Origin: Spirochaetota bacterium
GTDB taxonomy: Bacteria; Spirochaetota; UBA4802; UBA5550
Length of the DNA: 62,396 nt
Direction of reading: 5' to 3'
Assembly (NCBI GenBank): GCA_050298055.1
Contig: JBNKTL010000014.1
Coordinates: 10,791 to 73,186, forward strand
The position numbers and the translations under genes were made by a program. The notes below the pieces were generated by a model. That model searched no databases. It was given only the letters and a program-made list of their open reading frames with translations, and was not told the origin of the DNA. Positions 37,593 through 49,200 of this stretch are shown here, in pieces. The stretch's first letter is position 1. Every line of letters begins with the position of its first letter.

Positions 37593-39203
37593 ATGAAGAT
37601 CCTTCTCGCATATCTCTGTGAATATGACCAGAGGTCAGACTATTTTACCTCCCTCCTCCCCTACGGGCTTATCTCCCTGGCGTCGTACCTTGAGAAGGAG
37701 GGTTATGATGTTACCCTTGCCAATCTCTCCGCCTGCGGCTACAGGAAAGGGGCGGAATATATCGCCGGGGAAAAACCGGATGTTCTCGGTGTATCCATAT
37801 TCACCTTCAACAGGACCGAAAGTTTCAGGCTTGTAAAAGAGGTCAGGAGAAAGCTTCCCGGGATAAAGATTGTTGCGGGGGGCCCCCATGTATCAGCCCT
37901 TGCCGAAGAGACTCTCCTGAGAATCAAGGCAATCGACTGGATAGTGAAGGGGGAGGGGGAACATGCCTTTCACCGGCTGCTGAAGAAAATTAAAGAGCAG
38001 GGGAATCCCGGGAGGATAAGAGAAGGAGAGAGGATAAGGGACCTGGATTCTCTTCCCGCCGCCACCCTCTTCTCGGGAAAGTCCACCGGCGTGGATATTC
38101 ATGAACAGTACAAGTATATCATAACCTCACGGGGATGTCCTCACAGCTGCAGTTACTGCTCATCACCCGGGTTCTGGGGGAGAGTGACCCGGTTCAGGAG
38201 CGCTGAGAATATATTCAATGAGATTAAATACCTGTATGAGAAGTATGGTATCATATACTTCTCTGTCCGTGATGACAACTTCACTCTCAATAAGGGGAGG
38301 GTCATTGAGCTTTGCAGCCTGCTTCGCAACAACGGCATTCACATCATGTGGAACTGCCAGTCACGTGTGGATACCATTGACCTTGAGATGCTGGTTGAAA
38401 TGAAAGGCGCCGGGCTTGAGCATATCCAGTATGGCGTTGAATCGGGTTCGGAGAGAATACTGGACAAATTTGACAAGTCGATCAGCATTGAACAGATAGA
38501 AAAGGCGGCGGATATGACCAGGAGTGCAGGGGTCTACCTTTCGGTTTACCTCATGTGCGGGATGCGGGGAGAGACCGAAACCGATACGGGGAAAACCGTT
38601 GATATTATAAAGAGGATAAAACCCTCGGACGGGATCGTCTCCCCCGTCGCCTACTATCCGGGTACGGATCTCTATGATGAGGACAAAAGCAGCGGGAAAA
38701 TTTCAGATGATATATGGTTTGACAGCAATGAACCGGGAATATTTATCAGGAATGACAGCTTTGTCCCCCGCTCGGTTGAACGGATCCTTGCCGCTCTTGA
38801 GAAAACCGGCAGGAAGGGAACCTATGGAAAGAAAGACTTTCTCTCTCACCGAAAAGTTACCGGTGAGGATTGCTGGATCACGGATATCATGGAAGGTGAT
38901 TATTTTTTCAGCATGAATAACCCTGAGGGTGCGGAATCGGCCTATAAGAGAGTAGCGGATAACTATCCGGATAATATCTGGGGGCACTACAGGATGGGAA
39001 GACTCATGGTATGGGGAGGCAATCATGAAAAGGCCCTGGAATATTATGGTAAAGCATCGCAGGCAGTCCCCAACTTCTCCGGTTCATGGCTTAAAATGGC
39101 CGAAATCCACCGCATGCTGGATAACGATCAGGAGGCCCGGGAGTGTGCCCGCAGGGCCCTGGCCCTTAACAGTCATGCTCCCGTTGAAGTGCTTGACAAA
39201 TAA
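37593..39203 (+). CDS. B12-binding domain radical SAM protein with C-terminal TPRs
   Basis: PYGLISLASYL, AGGPHVS, GEGE, TSRGCPHSCSYC, GVESGS; TPR-like helices at the end. Confidence 0.92.
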   Translation: MKILLAYLCEYDQRSDYFTSLLPYGLISLASYLEKEGYDVTLANLSACGYRKGAEYIAGEKPDVLGVSIFTFNRTESFRLVKEVRRKLPGIKIVAGGPHVSALAEETLLRIKAIDWIVKGEGEHAFHRLLKKIKEQGNPGRIREGERIRDLDSLPAATLFSGKSTGVDIHEQYKYIITSRGCPHSCSYCSSPGFWGRVTRFRSAENIFNEIKYLYEKYGIIYFSVRDDNFTLNKGRVIELCSLLRNNGIHIMWNCQSRVDTIDLEMLVEMKGAGLEHIQYGVESGSERILDKFDKSISIEQIEKAADMTRSAGVYLSVYLMCGMRGETETDTGKTVDIIKRIKPSDGIVSPVAYYPGTDLYDEDKSSGKISDDIWFDSNEPGIFIRNDSFVPRSVERILAALEKTGRKGTYGKKDFLSHRKVTGEDCWITDIMEGDYFFSMNNPEGAESAYKRVADNYPDNIWGHYRMGRLMVWGGNHEKALEYYGKASQAVPNFSGSWLKMAEIHRMLDNDQEARECARRALALNSHAPVEVLDK

Positions 39204-39292
39204 GAATTTTAGTACTAGTATCTGGACACTGTTTATTTTAAACATGAGTGTTATATGGTAAAACAAAAAGCAGAAAAAAACAAAAGATTTGG

Positions 39293-39492
39293 AACCGCAG
39301 ATAAACGCGGAGTTTAAGATAATGTTAAATGTTGAATTTTAATTGTTAAGTTATCTGATCAAAAAACTGTTTCTTTATTTTAACATTCAACATTCAAAAT
39401 TTAGCATTAAAAAAATCTGCGTGGCAAAGCCCTCATCATGCATCCTGCATGGGCTTTGCACCGGGGCCTCCTGCCCGGCGCATCTGCGGCTA
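39293..39492. repeat. Nested repeat: aaccgcagat...atctgcggcta shell, inverted heptamer arrays, twin GGA hairpins
   Basis: aatgtta/aatgttg/aatttta run faces taacatt/caacatt/caaaatt run; hairpins catgcatcctgcatg (39437-39451) and ccggggcctcctgcccgg (39461-39478). Confidence 0.8.
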
Positions 39493-39572
39493 ATACTTCT
39501 TTTTCTCTTTATAAGAAAGTTAATTTACAAATCAAGTTTAAGAATTAATACTGATGAAAAAATATAATCTAA

Positions 39573-40601
<1,029 letters not shown>

Positions 40602-40683
40602 ATTATTTACATTTTTTACCCCCTTATTAAAATTTGTAACTTATTAGTGTTTTATACGTATATAGTTGTTAACAGGGAGACAG

Positions 40684-41436
40684 ATGGCCAGAACTGAGAT
40701 ATTTGCCGGGAACTGGAAGATGCATAAGACATTTTCCGAAGCTGAATCACTTGTTAAGGGGATTCTTCACGGCATTCGGAAGAAAGAGGGGAGGGAGATC
40801 GTTCTTTTCCCTCCGTCACCCTATGTCAGGGAGCTGAACAGGCTCTGCAGCGGGTCCGGTGTTAAATTTGGAATACAGAATATGTATTTTGAAAAAGAAG
40901 GGGCTTTTACCGGTGAAGTGTCGCCGGAAATGGTAAAAGACTGCGGATGCCGGTTCATACTTATCGGCCACTCCGAGAGGAGACATGTTTTCGGTGAAAC
41001 AGATGATGATGTAAGGAGAAAAACAACCGCGGCCCTGGAAGCGGGGCTCAGGCCAATGGTCTGTGTTGGTGAACTTCTGGAAGAGAGGGAGAACGGTTCC
41101 ACGAATGATGTGGTTGAAAAACAGGTCAAAGGCGCCCTTGAGGGTGTCAGCAGCGGGCAGATGAAGGAGATTGTCATAGCATATGAACCTGTCTGGGCAA
41201 TCGGGACCGGTAAGGTGGCAACACCTGAAATTGCCGATGAGGTCCACGGTTTGATCCGTGAAATTGTGGGTTCTCTCTATTCTGCGGAGATATCAGACAG
41301 CCTTTCAATCCTCTACGGGGGGTCGGTAAAACCTGATAATATTGAAGGGCTCTCTGTTAAAGAAAACATAGACGGTGTGCTGGTTGGTGGTGCAAGCCTT
41401 CAGACGGATTCATTTCTCGGTATCATCAATGTATAG
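40684..41436 (+). CDS. tpiA: Triosephosphate isomerase
   Basis: AGNWKMH, IGHSERR, AYEPVWAIGTG, LYGGSVK, LVGGASL. Confidence 0.98.
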   Translation: MARTEIFAGNWKMHKTFSEAESLVKGILHGIRKKEGREIVLFPPSPYVRELNRLCSGSGVKFGIQNMYFEKEGAFTGEVSPEMVKDCGCRFILIGHSERRHVFGETDDDVRRKTTAALEAGLRPMVCVGELLEERENGSTNDVVEKQVKGALEGVSSGQMKEIVIAYEPVWAIGTGKVATPEIADEVHGLIREIVGSLYSAEISDSLSILYGGSVKPDNIEGLSVKENIDGVLVGGASLQTDSFLGIINV

Positions 41437-41460
41437 GAGTTTATTTAGTGTGAGGATAGA

Positions 41461-41856
41461 ATGGGCGTTTTAATTTCAGTTTCTACGGTAATTTTTTTAA
41501 TATTATGTGTTCTTCTTATTATCATCATCCTGCTTCAATCTGATAAAAGCGCGGGCATGGGGATCATTGGCGGATCGAGCCAGTCTGCATTTGGTTCATC
41601 AACAGCGGATGTGATAACAAAGATATCTGCGGTTATGATAACACTGTTTATGCTCGGTTCACTTGGTCTGGCAGTACTTGAATCAAACAGGTCCGAATCA
41701 CTTCAGAAAAAGGTCCTGGAGACTGAGGAAGCAGGGAGCGGAATGATTCAGGAAACCAAAAAGCCGGCCGCCGTTCCGGGTAATGCGGCAGAGGGGAATG
41801 TGCAGACTCCGGTAGAAAAGCCGAAAACCGGTCCGGTGAAAGAACCTGTTAAATAA
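41461..41856 (+). CDS. secG: Preprotein translocase subunit SecG
   Basis: IILLQSDKSAGMG..GGSSQSAFGS...TKIS, two TMs; conserved position after tpiA. Confidence 0.93.
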   Translation: MGVLISVSTVIFLILCVLLIIIILLQSDKSAGMGIIGGSSQSAFGSSTADVITKISAVMITLFMLGSLGLAVLESNRSESLQKKVLETEEAGSGMIQETKKPAAVPGNAAEGNVQTPVEKPKTGPVKEPVK

Positions 41857-41926
41857 CAGGAAAACAGAGAGATATTCTCCTGCTTTACCAGCAATCATAA
41901 CATTGAGGTAAGAGAGACAAGAGAGG

Positions 41927-42111
41927 ATGGTAGTATATGTTGAGGGTAGAGGTGTACCGGCTATGAATTCTGTATTGACTCGCTTCCCGGTGTTTTCAGA
42001 ATGAATTCGGATGGCGTAAGTGAAGTGCGCAACGGTAGTGGTGCATCTGCCGGTGAGGTCAGGGAAGTCACGGAGAGTTGTCCTGCAGAGTGCATTCTGT
42101 ATAAAAAATAA
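41927..42111 (+). pseudogene. Frameshifted single-cluster ferredoxin
   Basis: ATG 41927 gives MVVYVEG; a different frame from 41950 gives RCTGYEFCIDSLPGVFRMNSDGVSEV...VREVTESCPAECILYKK*. That frame has stops at 41941 and 41947, and the second Cys is Tyr. Confidence 0.75.
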
Positions 42112-42147
42112 AAGGCAAAATTAATATTAGAATCAAGAGAGGGATCA

Positions 42148-43305
42148 ATGAATTTATGTGATTATATCTTTACATCGGAGTCCGTTTCGGAAGGACATCC
42201 GGATAAAGTGTCTGACCAGATATCGGACGCTATTGTGGACGGGCATATAAAGGGTGACCCGAAATCGAGGGTGGCAATTGAGACCCTGGTTACCACCGAC
42301 AGGGTCGTACTGGCCGGAGAAATAACATCTTCCGAGAAAGTCGATTATGATACTGTTGCCAGGGAAGTCATATCGGACATAGGTTATAATGATTCTTCCA
42401 TACGGTTCGATTCAAAGACATGCAGTGTGGAGATCTATGTCCACGAGCAATCGGCAGACATCTCGCAGGGTGTTTCCGAGGGTGAGGGGCTTTTTACCGA
42501 GCAGGGGGCCGGCGATCAGGGTATGATGTTCGGATATGCCGTTGCTGAAACCGATGAACTGATGCCAATGCCCATACTTCTCTCCCACAAGCTTGTCAGG
42601 AGACTTGCCGATGTAAGGCGAAGCGGTGAACTCGATTTCATCCGTCCCGATTCCAAGTCGCAGGTTACCATTGAGTACGAACAGGGAAAACCGAAGCGGG
42701 TCGATACCATCGTCATATCCACCCAGCATACACCCGATGTTGAACAGAAGCAGATTTACGACGGGGTCTACGAAACAACAATAAAGCATGTTATTCCTGA
42801 AAAATATCTGGATGAAAAGACAAAGATCTACGTAAATCCTACCGGGAGGTTTGTCATTGGCGGGCCGGATGGGGATACCGGGTTGACCGGAAGGAAGATC
42901 ATCGTTGACACCTACGGCGGTATGGGACGTCACGGCGGCGGGGCCTTTTCCGGAAAAGACCCCTCAAAAGTAGACAGGTCAGCCGCTTACATGGGAAGAT
43001 ATATTGCCAAAAATATTGTTGCGGCAGGTCTCGCGTACAGGTGCGAAGTCCAGCTCGCATATGCCATAGGCGTTGCCGACCCTGTATCCGTACTGGTTGA
43101 AACTTTCGGAACCGGGTTAATTCCCGATGAAGAAATTGCACAAAGAGTAAAGTCAGTATTTGATATGAAACCGGCAGGTATAATCAAGACACTGGATCTT
43201 CTTAAACCGATCTTCAGGAAAACATCCGCATACGGTCATTTCGGAAGAGAAGATGAGGGATTTGTCTGGGAAATGGTTAATAAAGCAGACCAGCTTAAAG
43301 GATAA
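42148..43305 (+). CDS. metK: S-adenosylmethionine synthetase
   Basis: [35 protein letters not shown]. Confidence 0.98.
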   Translation: MNLCDYIFTSESVSEGHPDKVSDQISDAIVDGHIKGDPKSRVAIETLVTTDRVVLAGEITSSEKVDYDTVAREVISDIGYNDSSIRFDSKTCSVEIYVHEQSADISQGVSEGEGLFTEQGAGDQGMMFGYAVAETDELMPMPILLSHKLVRRLADVRRSGELDFIRPDSKSQVTIEYEQGKPKRVDTIVISTQHTPDVEQKQIYDGVYETTIKHVIPEKYLDEKTKIYVNPTGRFVIGGPDGDTGLTGRKIIVDTYGGMGRHGGGAFSGKDPSKVDRSAAYMGRYIAKNIVAAGLAYRCEVQLAYAIGVADPVSVLVETFGTGLIPDEEIAQRVKSVFDMKPAGIIKTLDLLKPIFRKTSAYGHFGREDEGFVWEMVNKADQLKG

Positions 43306-43328
43306 CTTCCTTATCTCGAATGATAAAA

Positions 43329-43369
43329 TTAAATGGCAGATAATATCCAGGGTATTTCTGCCATTTTAA
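43329..43369. terminator. Hairpin after metK
   Basis: ttaaatggcaga...tctgccattttaa inverted repeat. Confidence 0.55.
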
Positions 43370-43390
43370 TTTAATGGGGAGATCTAATAA

Positions 43391-44899
43391 ATGATAAGAA
43401 CATACCCGCTCCGGATATCTCTCCTGGTTCTTTTCCTGTTATTTAATTCTTCTGCCGGCCGGGCAGAGGATGATGCCGGTTCCGGGAGCATCCCCGATGT
43501 AAAGGAATCCAGGGAGAACGGCAGGCAGAAATCGGAAAATGTTAACGTAGATGCCAGGATGCTATACGGCCAGTACAATAATATCAGCTCAGCTTTCAGT
43601 GTTATTCAGAATCTCGATTTTTTTACATACCAGCTCAGCTCTGACCTGAAAAGGTCCAATGATTTTGGGTATACAAACTCGAGCTTTTACGAGAGTGATG
43701 TGGGTTTTACCGGAAGGGCGGATATAACCGAAGAGTGGAAGCTCAGGCCAGAAATGGAAGTCAATAATGAATCCCACGGGATGTATGCAAACCCCGTATT
43801 CAGCCGTGAAGAGAAGGATAAAATCATAGTAAATATTAAAAATGAATACAAACCCACACCATCACGGTGGGATTTTAACTTTGGCGGAGGTCAGTATGTT
43901 CACCGTCTTGTCAGTTCGGTGGATTCCAGTGTTGAGAGAAGCGGTTTTAACCAGGCCAACGAGGAGATAGGATGGGAATATATCTGGTCAGCATCAAACA
44001 GGTTCGGCTTCAAACACAATTACTCACACTATTTCTATTTCGAGGATGATATTGAAGATGACAGGCATATGAGTAATGAGATCTATTTCAGTTTCAAGAT
44101 TATCGAGTATCTTATGATAGGGATGGGGGGAATTGTTGACTGGGATGCTGATAATATGAATAATGAAGGGTGGTTCCCGTCAGGAAACGGAAGCATCTCC
44201 ACCACAGGGATGAAATACCTGTCCCTTGAACTTTCGTATGTCTATGACCTTGTCCCGTTTAATCCCGAAGATTTTTACTTCGAGCAGAAGTATATAAGCC
44301 CAAACTATGAACTCCTGCCGGGAAAGGAGCACAATGTTAATCTTAAGGGTGAGTTGGATCTCAGGTTTGACAGCAAAAATAACTTTTATGTGAAACAGAT
44401 AAGACTTAAAGGAAAGGGTTCTTATATTAAAAATGATAACTTTTATAACTACTTTTCACTTACGGGGAATGTCATCACGGCCGAGGAGATTCCAATTGAG
44501 ATATACAGGTTCAAGGGTGATATGATAACAGACCTGAGGATATTCAATAACCAGCTGAAGTTTATCTTTAACTATGAATACAATCACTTTAAAGCGGCAA
44601 GAAACATCACATATAATCCCATTGATATAATAGGCGGTACTCTGAATTTCAAGAACAACGGATGGGAAGTAGAATGGGGCAATAAGTATATTGGAGAGGT
44701 CTTTGTTAATCCTGATATTTCCGATAATTCAAAGCTGGAACCTGTACTGATAGGTTCTTTCAAGCTGCAGTTAAAAATGGTAAATACATTCTATTTTTAT
44801 GCCAGGATAAACAACCTTTATGATAAAAAATACAGCTACCGGGAAGGTTATCTTGAGCCGGGAATAACCTTTCTCAGCGGATTGAGGATAATAATATAG
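43391..44899 (+). CDS. Outer-membrane beta-barrel protein with TonB-dependent-receptor-like C-terminus
   Basis: Signal peptide; aromatic-rich beta strands; ends YARINNLYDKKY...EPGITFLSGLRIII; adjacent to exbBD. Confidence 0.7.
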   Translation: MIRTYPLRISLLVLFLLFNSSAGRAEDDAGSGSIPDVKESRENGRQKSENVNVDARMLYGQYNNISSAFSVIQNLDFFTYQLSSDLKRSNDFGYTNSSFYESDVGFTGRADITEEWKLRPEMEVNNESHGMYANPVFSREEKDKIIVNIKNEYKPTPSRWDFNFGGGQYVHRLVSSVDSSVERSGFNQANEEIGWEYIWSASNRFGFKHNYSHYFYFEDDIEDDRHMSNEIYFSFKIIEYLMIGMGGIVDWDADNMNNEGWFPSGNGSISTTGMKYLSLELSYVYDLVPFNPEDFYFEQKYISPNYELLPGKEHNVNLKGELDLRFDSKNNFYVKQIRLKGKGSYIKNDNFYNYFSLTGNVITAEEIPIEIYRFKGDMITDLRIFNNQLKFIFNYEYNHFKAARNITYNPIDIIGGTLNFKNNGWEVEWGNKYIGEVFVNPDISDNSKLEPVLIGSFKLQLKMVNTFYFYARINNLYDKKYSYREGYLEPGITFLSGLRIII

Positions 44900-44903
44900 A
44901 ATT

Positions 44904-45539
44904 ATGACAGGTAAAATAATAATTTCAATCTTCGACTCTATTCCCCTCTGGGTGATGATTATCCCTATCGGGATCTGTTCAATCATTGCACTGGCGGTGA
45001 TAATTGAGAGGTCACTTTTCTATCGTTCAATCAGTGCGGATTACAGGCATCTCATGAATAATTTGATAACTCCTCTGAAAACCGGCGACAGCGCGGGGGC
45101 AAGGTCTTTTTTAAACAGGTACAGCGGCAGGATCGCGGTAATGATTGAAAACATCATGGAGAGGGTAGCTGATAAAAGTGAGAGGGATATCATTATCCGT
45201 GATGAAGCAGAAAAAACAGTGAGATATATTGAAAAATTCGGAGCAACAATATCAACAATCGCGACAATTTCTCCCATGCTGGGTCTCCTGGGAACAGTTA
45301 CGGGGATGATGAAGTCTTTCAGCGGACTTGCAAGTTTCGGACCCTCCGCCCAGGATCTCCTGGCACAGGGTATTACGGAAGCCCTGATAACAACGGCCCT
45401 TGGTCTTATGGTAGCAATCCCCTCAATGGTCTTTTACAACTACATGGCCACAAAGACAGATATTTTCATCCGGGAGATTGAGTTTATATCGAACAGTTTC
45501 ATTGATATGTGGGAACCGGAGAAGAGTCATAAAGAGTGA
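44904..45539 (+). CDS. exbB: MotA/TolQ/ExbB proton channel protein
   Basis: IATISPMLGLLGTVTGM, GITEALITTALGL. Confidence 0.9.
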   Translation: MTGKIIISIFDSIPLWVMIIPIGICSIIALAVIIERSLFYRSISADYRHLMNNLITPLKTGDSAGARSFLNRYSGRIAVMIENIMERVADKSERDIIIRDEAEKTVRYIEKFGATISTIATISPMLGLLGTVTGMMKSFSGLASFGPSAQDLLAQGITEALITTALGLMVAIPSMVFYNYMATKTDIFIREIEFISNSFIDMWEPEKSHKE

Positions 45540-45569
45540 CAGGGAGTATTGTTTCCCCGGGAAATAAAT

Positions 45570-45971
45570 ATGTATATAAAGTTCAAAAGAAATCTTCAGC
45601 AAAGGGCATTGATTGATATAACATCACTTATTGATCTTGTCTTCCTTCTTGTTGCTTTCTTTATGGTTACTTCATCTCTGGGTTCAGAGTCAACAATAAC
45701 GGTCCATCTTCCGAAAGCTGTTCAGTCCGGTGAATACAAAAAAAATAATCTTATCATTTCAATCAATAAAGATAATAAAATATTCCTCAATGACAAACCC
45801 TATGGAAAAGAAAAGCTGTTAAGTGAACTTATTGAGAGAAGGAAAACGAACAATAACTTAACCGTTGTAATACGGGGTGATAAAAGGGCTGATTATGATA
45901 CAATTGTCAGTATAATGGATTACCTCAACAGGGCCGGGATACCGAAATTCACCCTTTCAACGGTAAAATAA
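45570..45971 (+). CDS. exbD: ExbD/TolR protein
   Basis: IDITSLIDLVFLLVAFFMVTS, LPKA, IRGDK. Confidence 0.9.
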   Translation: MYIKFKRNLQQRALIDITSLIDLVFLLVAFFMVTSSLGSESTITVHLPKAVQSGEYKKNNLIISINKDNKIFLNDKPYGKEKLLSELIERRKTNNNLTVVIRGDKRADYDTIVSIMDYLNRAGIPKFTLSTVK

Positions 45972-46087
45972 CTCCCTATTTCATCATAATTATTGACATT
46001 AAATGACACAAATAATAAAGGGTATAAAATTAAATAAACATAATTATTCGGCTATATTGCTAAAATGAATGTACTAACAATAATATG

Positions 46088-46140
46088 AACAATATGTCCC
46101 CGCCGCCGAAGGCGGCGGGGACATATCAGTTATGTTTTTT
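46088..46140. repeat. GC-rich palindrome with conserved flanks, copy 2
   Basis: aacaatatgtccccgccgc-cgaag-gcggcggggacatatcagttatgtttttt. Confidence 0.9.
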
Positions 46141-46214
46141 AATGTATACGATTATTTTTTTACATAGATAATTCGTTTCAGAAAACTAAAGCTAATCAGG
46201 GATTTTTGTTTTTT

Positions 46215-49200
46215 ATGAGAAAGGCATTATTCACGATAATAACGATTTCGACTCTATCAGCAGTAATTCTCTTTAGTCCGACGGGAATGTCTCAGACCTC
46301 AAAATATGAAGGAATGGTTGTCACCAGGATTGAGTTCAGAGGCTTAAGGAGAAATTCCCCTGGTACCTTCCTCAAAATTATGAAAACACGGGAAGGGGCT
46401 CCGCTGAATATCAAGGAACTGGGTAAAGACAGAAATAACCTGATGCAGTTTGGCCAGCTTTCAGAGCTTACAATAAGCTATAGTGAATACAGGAATGGAG
46501 TGTCTCTCAGGCTGACCTGCAGTGAAAAAGGTAACCGGTCTGACAGGTTCACCAGGTTTGAAGGAACTGAAATCGAACGAATTAACTTCGTCGGGCTTAA
46601 TCTTATTTCAGCAAACGATCTTGCCGGGATCATGAAAACCGCTAAAGGTAAGAAGTTTTCGCTCTCCCTGCTGGAAAAAGATATTGAAGAGATCCGGAAA
46701 ATCGGGAAGGTAGATAAAGTCTTCTACTGGCTTGAAGCATCAAAGGAAAAGGTTGTTCTTTCAATCAGCATTGTTGAAAAAGAATTTACTTTTCTCAAGC
46801 CTGAAAAATATGAAGGGAAAATGGTCAGGAAAATGAGGGTTTTCGGCCTGGTAAATATTAATTCAACCGATATCCTGGACGAGATGAAGACAACTCCCGG
46901 TTATCCTCTCAGGGCTATGGAGATCAAAGAGGATATCAAGAAGATCTTCCATGAGTTCAAGTTCAGCAATGTTGAGATAATGATTGAAGAATACAAGGGG
47001 GGAGTCCGGCTCGGGATTTTCTGTAAGGAAAGTCCCCAGGTGAAAACAATTATTTTCAAGGGGATGGATAAATTCCAGGAAGCTGATATTATTGAGTCTC
47101 TCCCCCTCAAGGAAGGTGAAGTATATAGAAAAGATTTTCTTGAGAAAAGTATTTCACTCATCAAAAAAAAGTATGATGAAGAAGGCCTCTTTAATGCTAT
47201 TGTCACCTACAGGATATTACCGGTTGAAGATGAGAATAATGTTGAAGTTGAGATTATTATCGATGAAGGTGAAGATATTAAGGTCGCAAAAATATCCCTG
47301 CTCGGTGCCAGGAAAATTGATCCTGAAGAACTCTTTAAAGTTTTTGAGACTAAAGAGGAGACGGCGTTTGATGATGGAACATTTAAACGGGATATCTATG
47401 AGCAGGACAAGGGGAAATTGCTTGCCTATTATAAAGAGAACGGGTATCTTGATGCTCAGATCATAGAAGACAAAGTCGAGTATGAGTGGGAAGATCCGAC
47501 CCGGCAGGAAAAGAGAGCCATCTTCATAGTGATCAAGCTCACAGAGGGGGATAAATATTATTTTGACGGCTATACAATTGATATAAAGACCAAAGGTAAA
47601 AAACCGGTTGTAGACCCTGACGTCCTGATGAAAAACTTTCAACTCAATGAGAAAGGCGAGCTCTTTAATAACACCAAGTTTCTTATGGATAAGCAGAACA
47701 TAAGCTTTCTGTATGCTTCCCGGGGATATATCTTTGCAAGGGTAACCCCCAACAGGACAGTTACTGAGAGAGAAGTTGTTGTGGACAATGTGAAGGAGAA
47801 GCGGAAGTTTGTTAAAATTGACTTTGTGATATATGAGGGAAATAAGGCCTATGTTGAAGGTATTATCATAAAGGGAAATAAGAAGACCAAGGATAAGGTC
47901 ATCAGGAGAGAGATCCTTATTAAAGAGGGTGAACTCTTCGATTCCCGAAAAGTCCAGATATCGAGAGAAAAAGTCTTTAATCTTGGATTTTTCAAACAGG
48001 TAAATTTTGATATGAGACCGGGAAGTACGGAAAATTATATGAACCTCATTGTTGATGTGGAGGAACAGCCTTCGGGAACAATTTCCCTGGGTGGAGGCTA
48101 TGGAACCACGTCAGGTTTCTCAATATTTGCCGACCTTGCCGAGAACAATCTTATGGGAAACGGACAGAGAGTGGGCATTAAATTTGAATATGGTCCGCAG
48201 AGAAGATCTGTAACACTCTCATTCATGGAGAGGTGGCTCTTTGATTATCCTGTTGGTTTCGATGCGTCTGTTTTTTATCATCTCTACAATCTCACGGATA
48301 CTTCAATTTTTGAAAATTCCAATGAAGAATCTGAGTACCAGAAACAGGTAGTCGGGTATTCAATGGGACTCAGCTACAGGTTCTTATACTTCTATGAAAT
48401 AGGGACGCGATGGACCCATTCATTTAAAAGCTATATTAATCCAACGGGAAACAGTAAGGATGATATATTTCTTGCGGTGGCAGAGGGCCTGCAGGAGAAA
48501 AGGACGCAGTCTGTCTATCTCTACAGGAATACCAAAGATAACTATCTCAATCCGACCAGCGGGAGCAAAATAGGTGTTTCGGTAGGTTTCACCGGGAGCC
48601 TCCTGGGAGGCCAGGACCACTTTCTTAAATATTCTCCGGAAGTTAATTTCTACTTTTCACCGTTCCATATCCCCTTCCTTAAAACGCACCCCTGTGTTAT
48701 TGAGATCAGGGCAAACGGTACATTTCTCATGGAGCCTTTCAGGAGCAGCAGTATCAAACAGTCTTACGAGGAGAATGCGTGGCTTGAATCGGAAGACAGG
48801 CTGAGAATGGGAGGGCCTGAAACAATACGGGGCTGGGACTATCTGGACAACAGTTTCCCCGACTCCTGGAGCGATGTGGGTCTCTACCACAGGATACTTT
48901 ACGGTTTTGAATTCAGGATCCCCATCCATCCCCAGATGCTCTGGCTTGCCTTTTTCTGGGACGCGGGTTCACTCTGGACCGATAAGTTTTGGGAAAAGCA
49001 GCTGATAGAAGATAACTATGATATTGTGAGTGATGACAAAGATGACGGGCTGACATATGATATCAGGGACATGTTCAGCGATAAAGTGAATCTTATGGAG
49101 TATTTCAGGTATTCATGGGGGCTGGGATTCAGAGTGCAGATCCCCATGATGCCCCTGAGGTTCTGGTTCGGGAGAAAGATGCTCTACAGGGATGGCGGCT

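Noticed and set aside
41857..42147. SAM riboswitch upstream of metK
   Set aside because: No S-box motifs; the interval is explained by the ferredoxin remnant.
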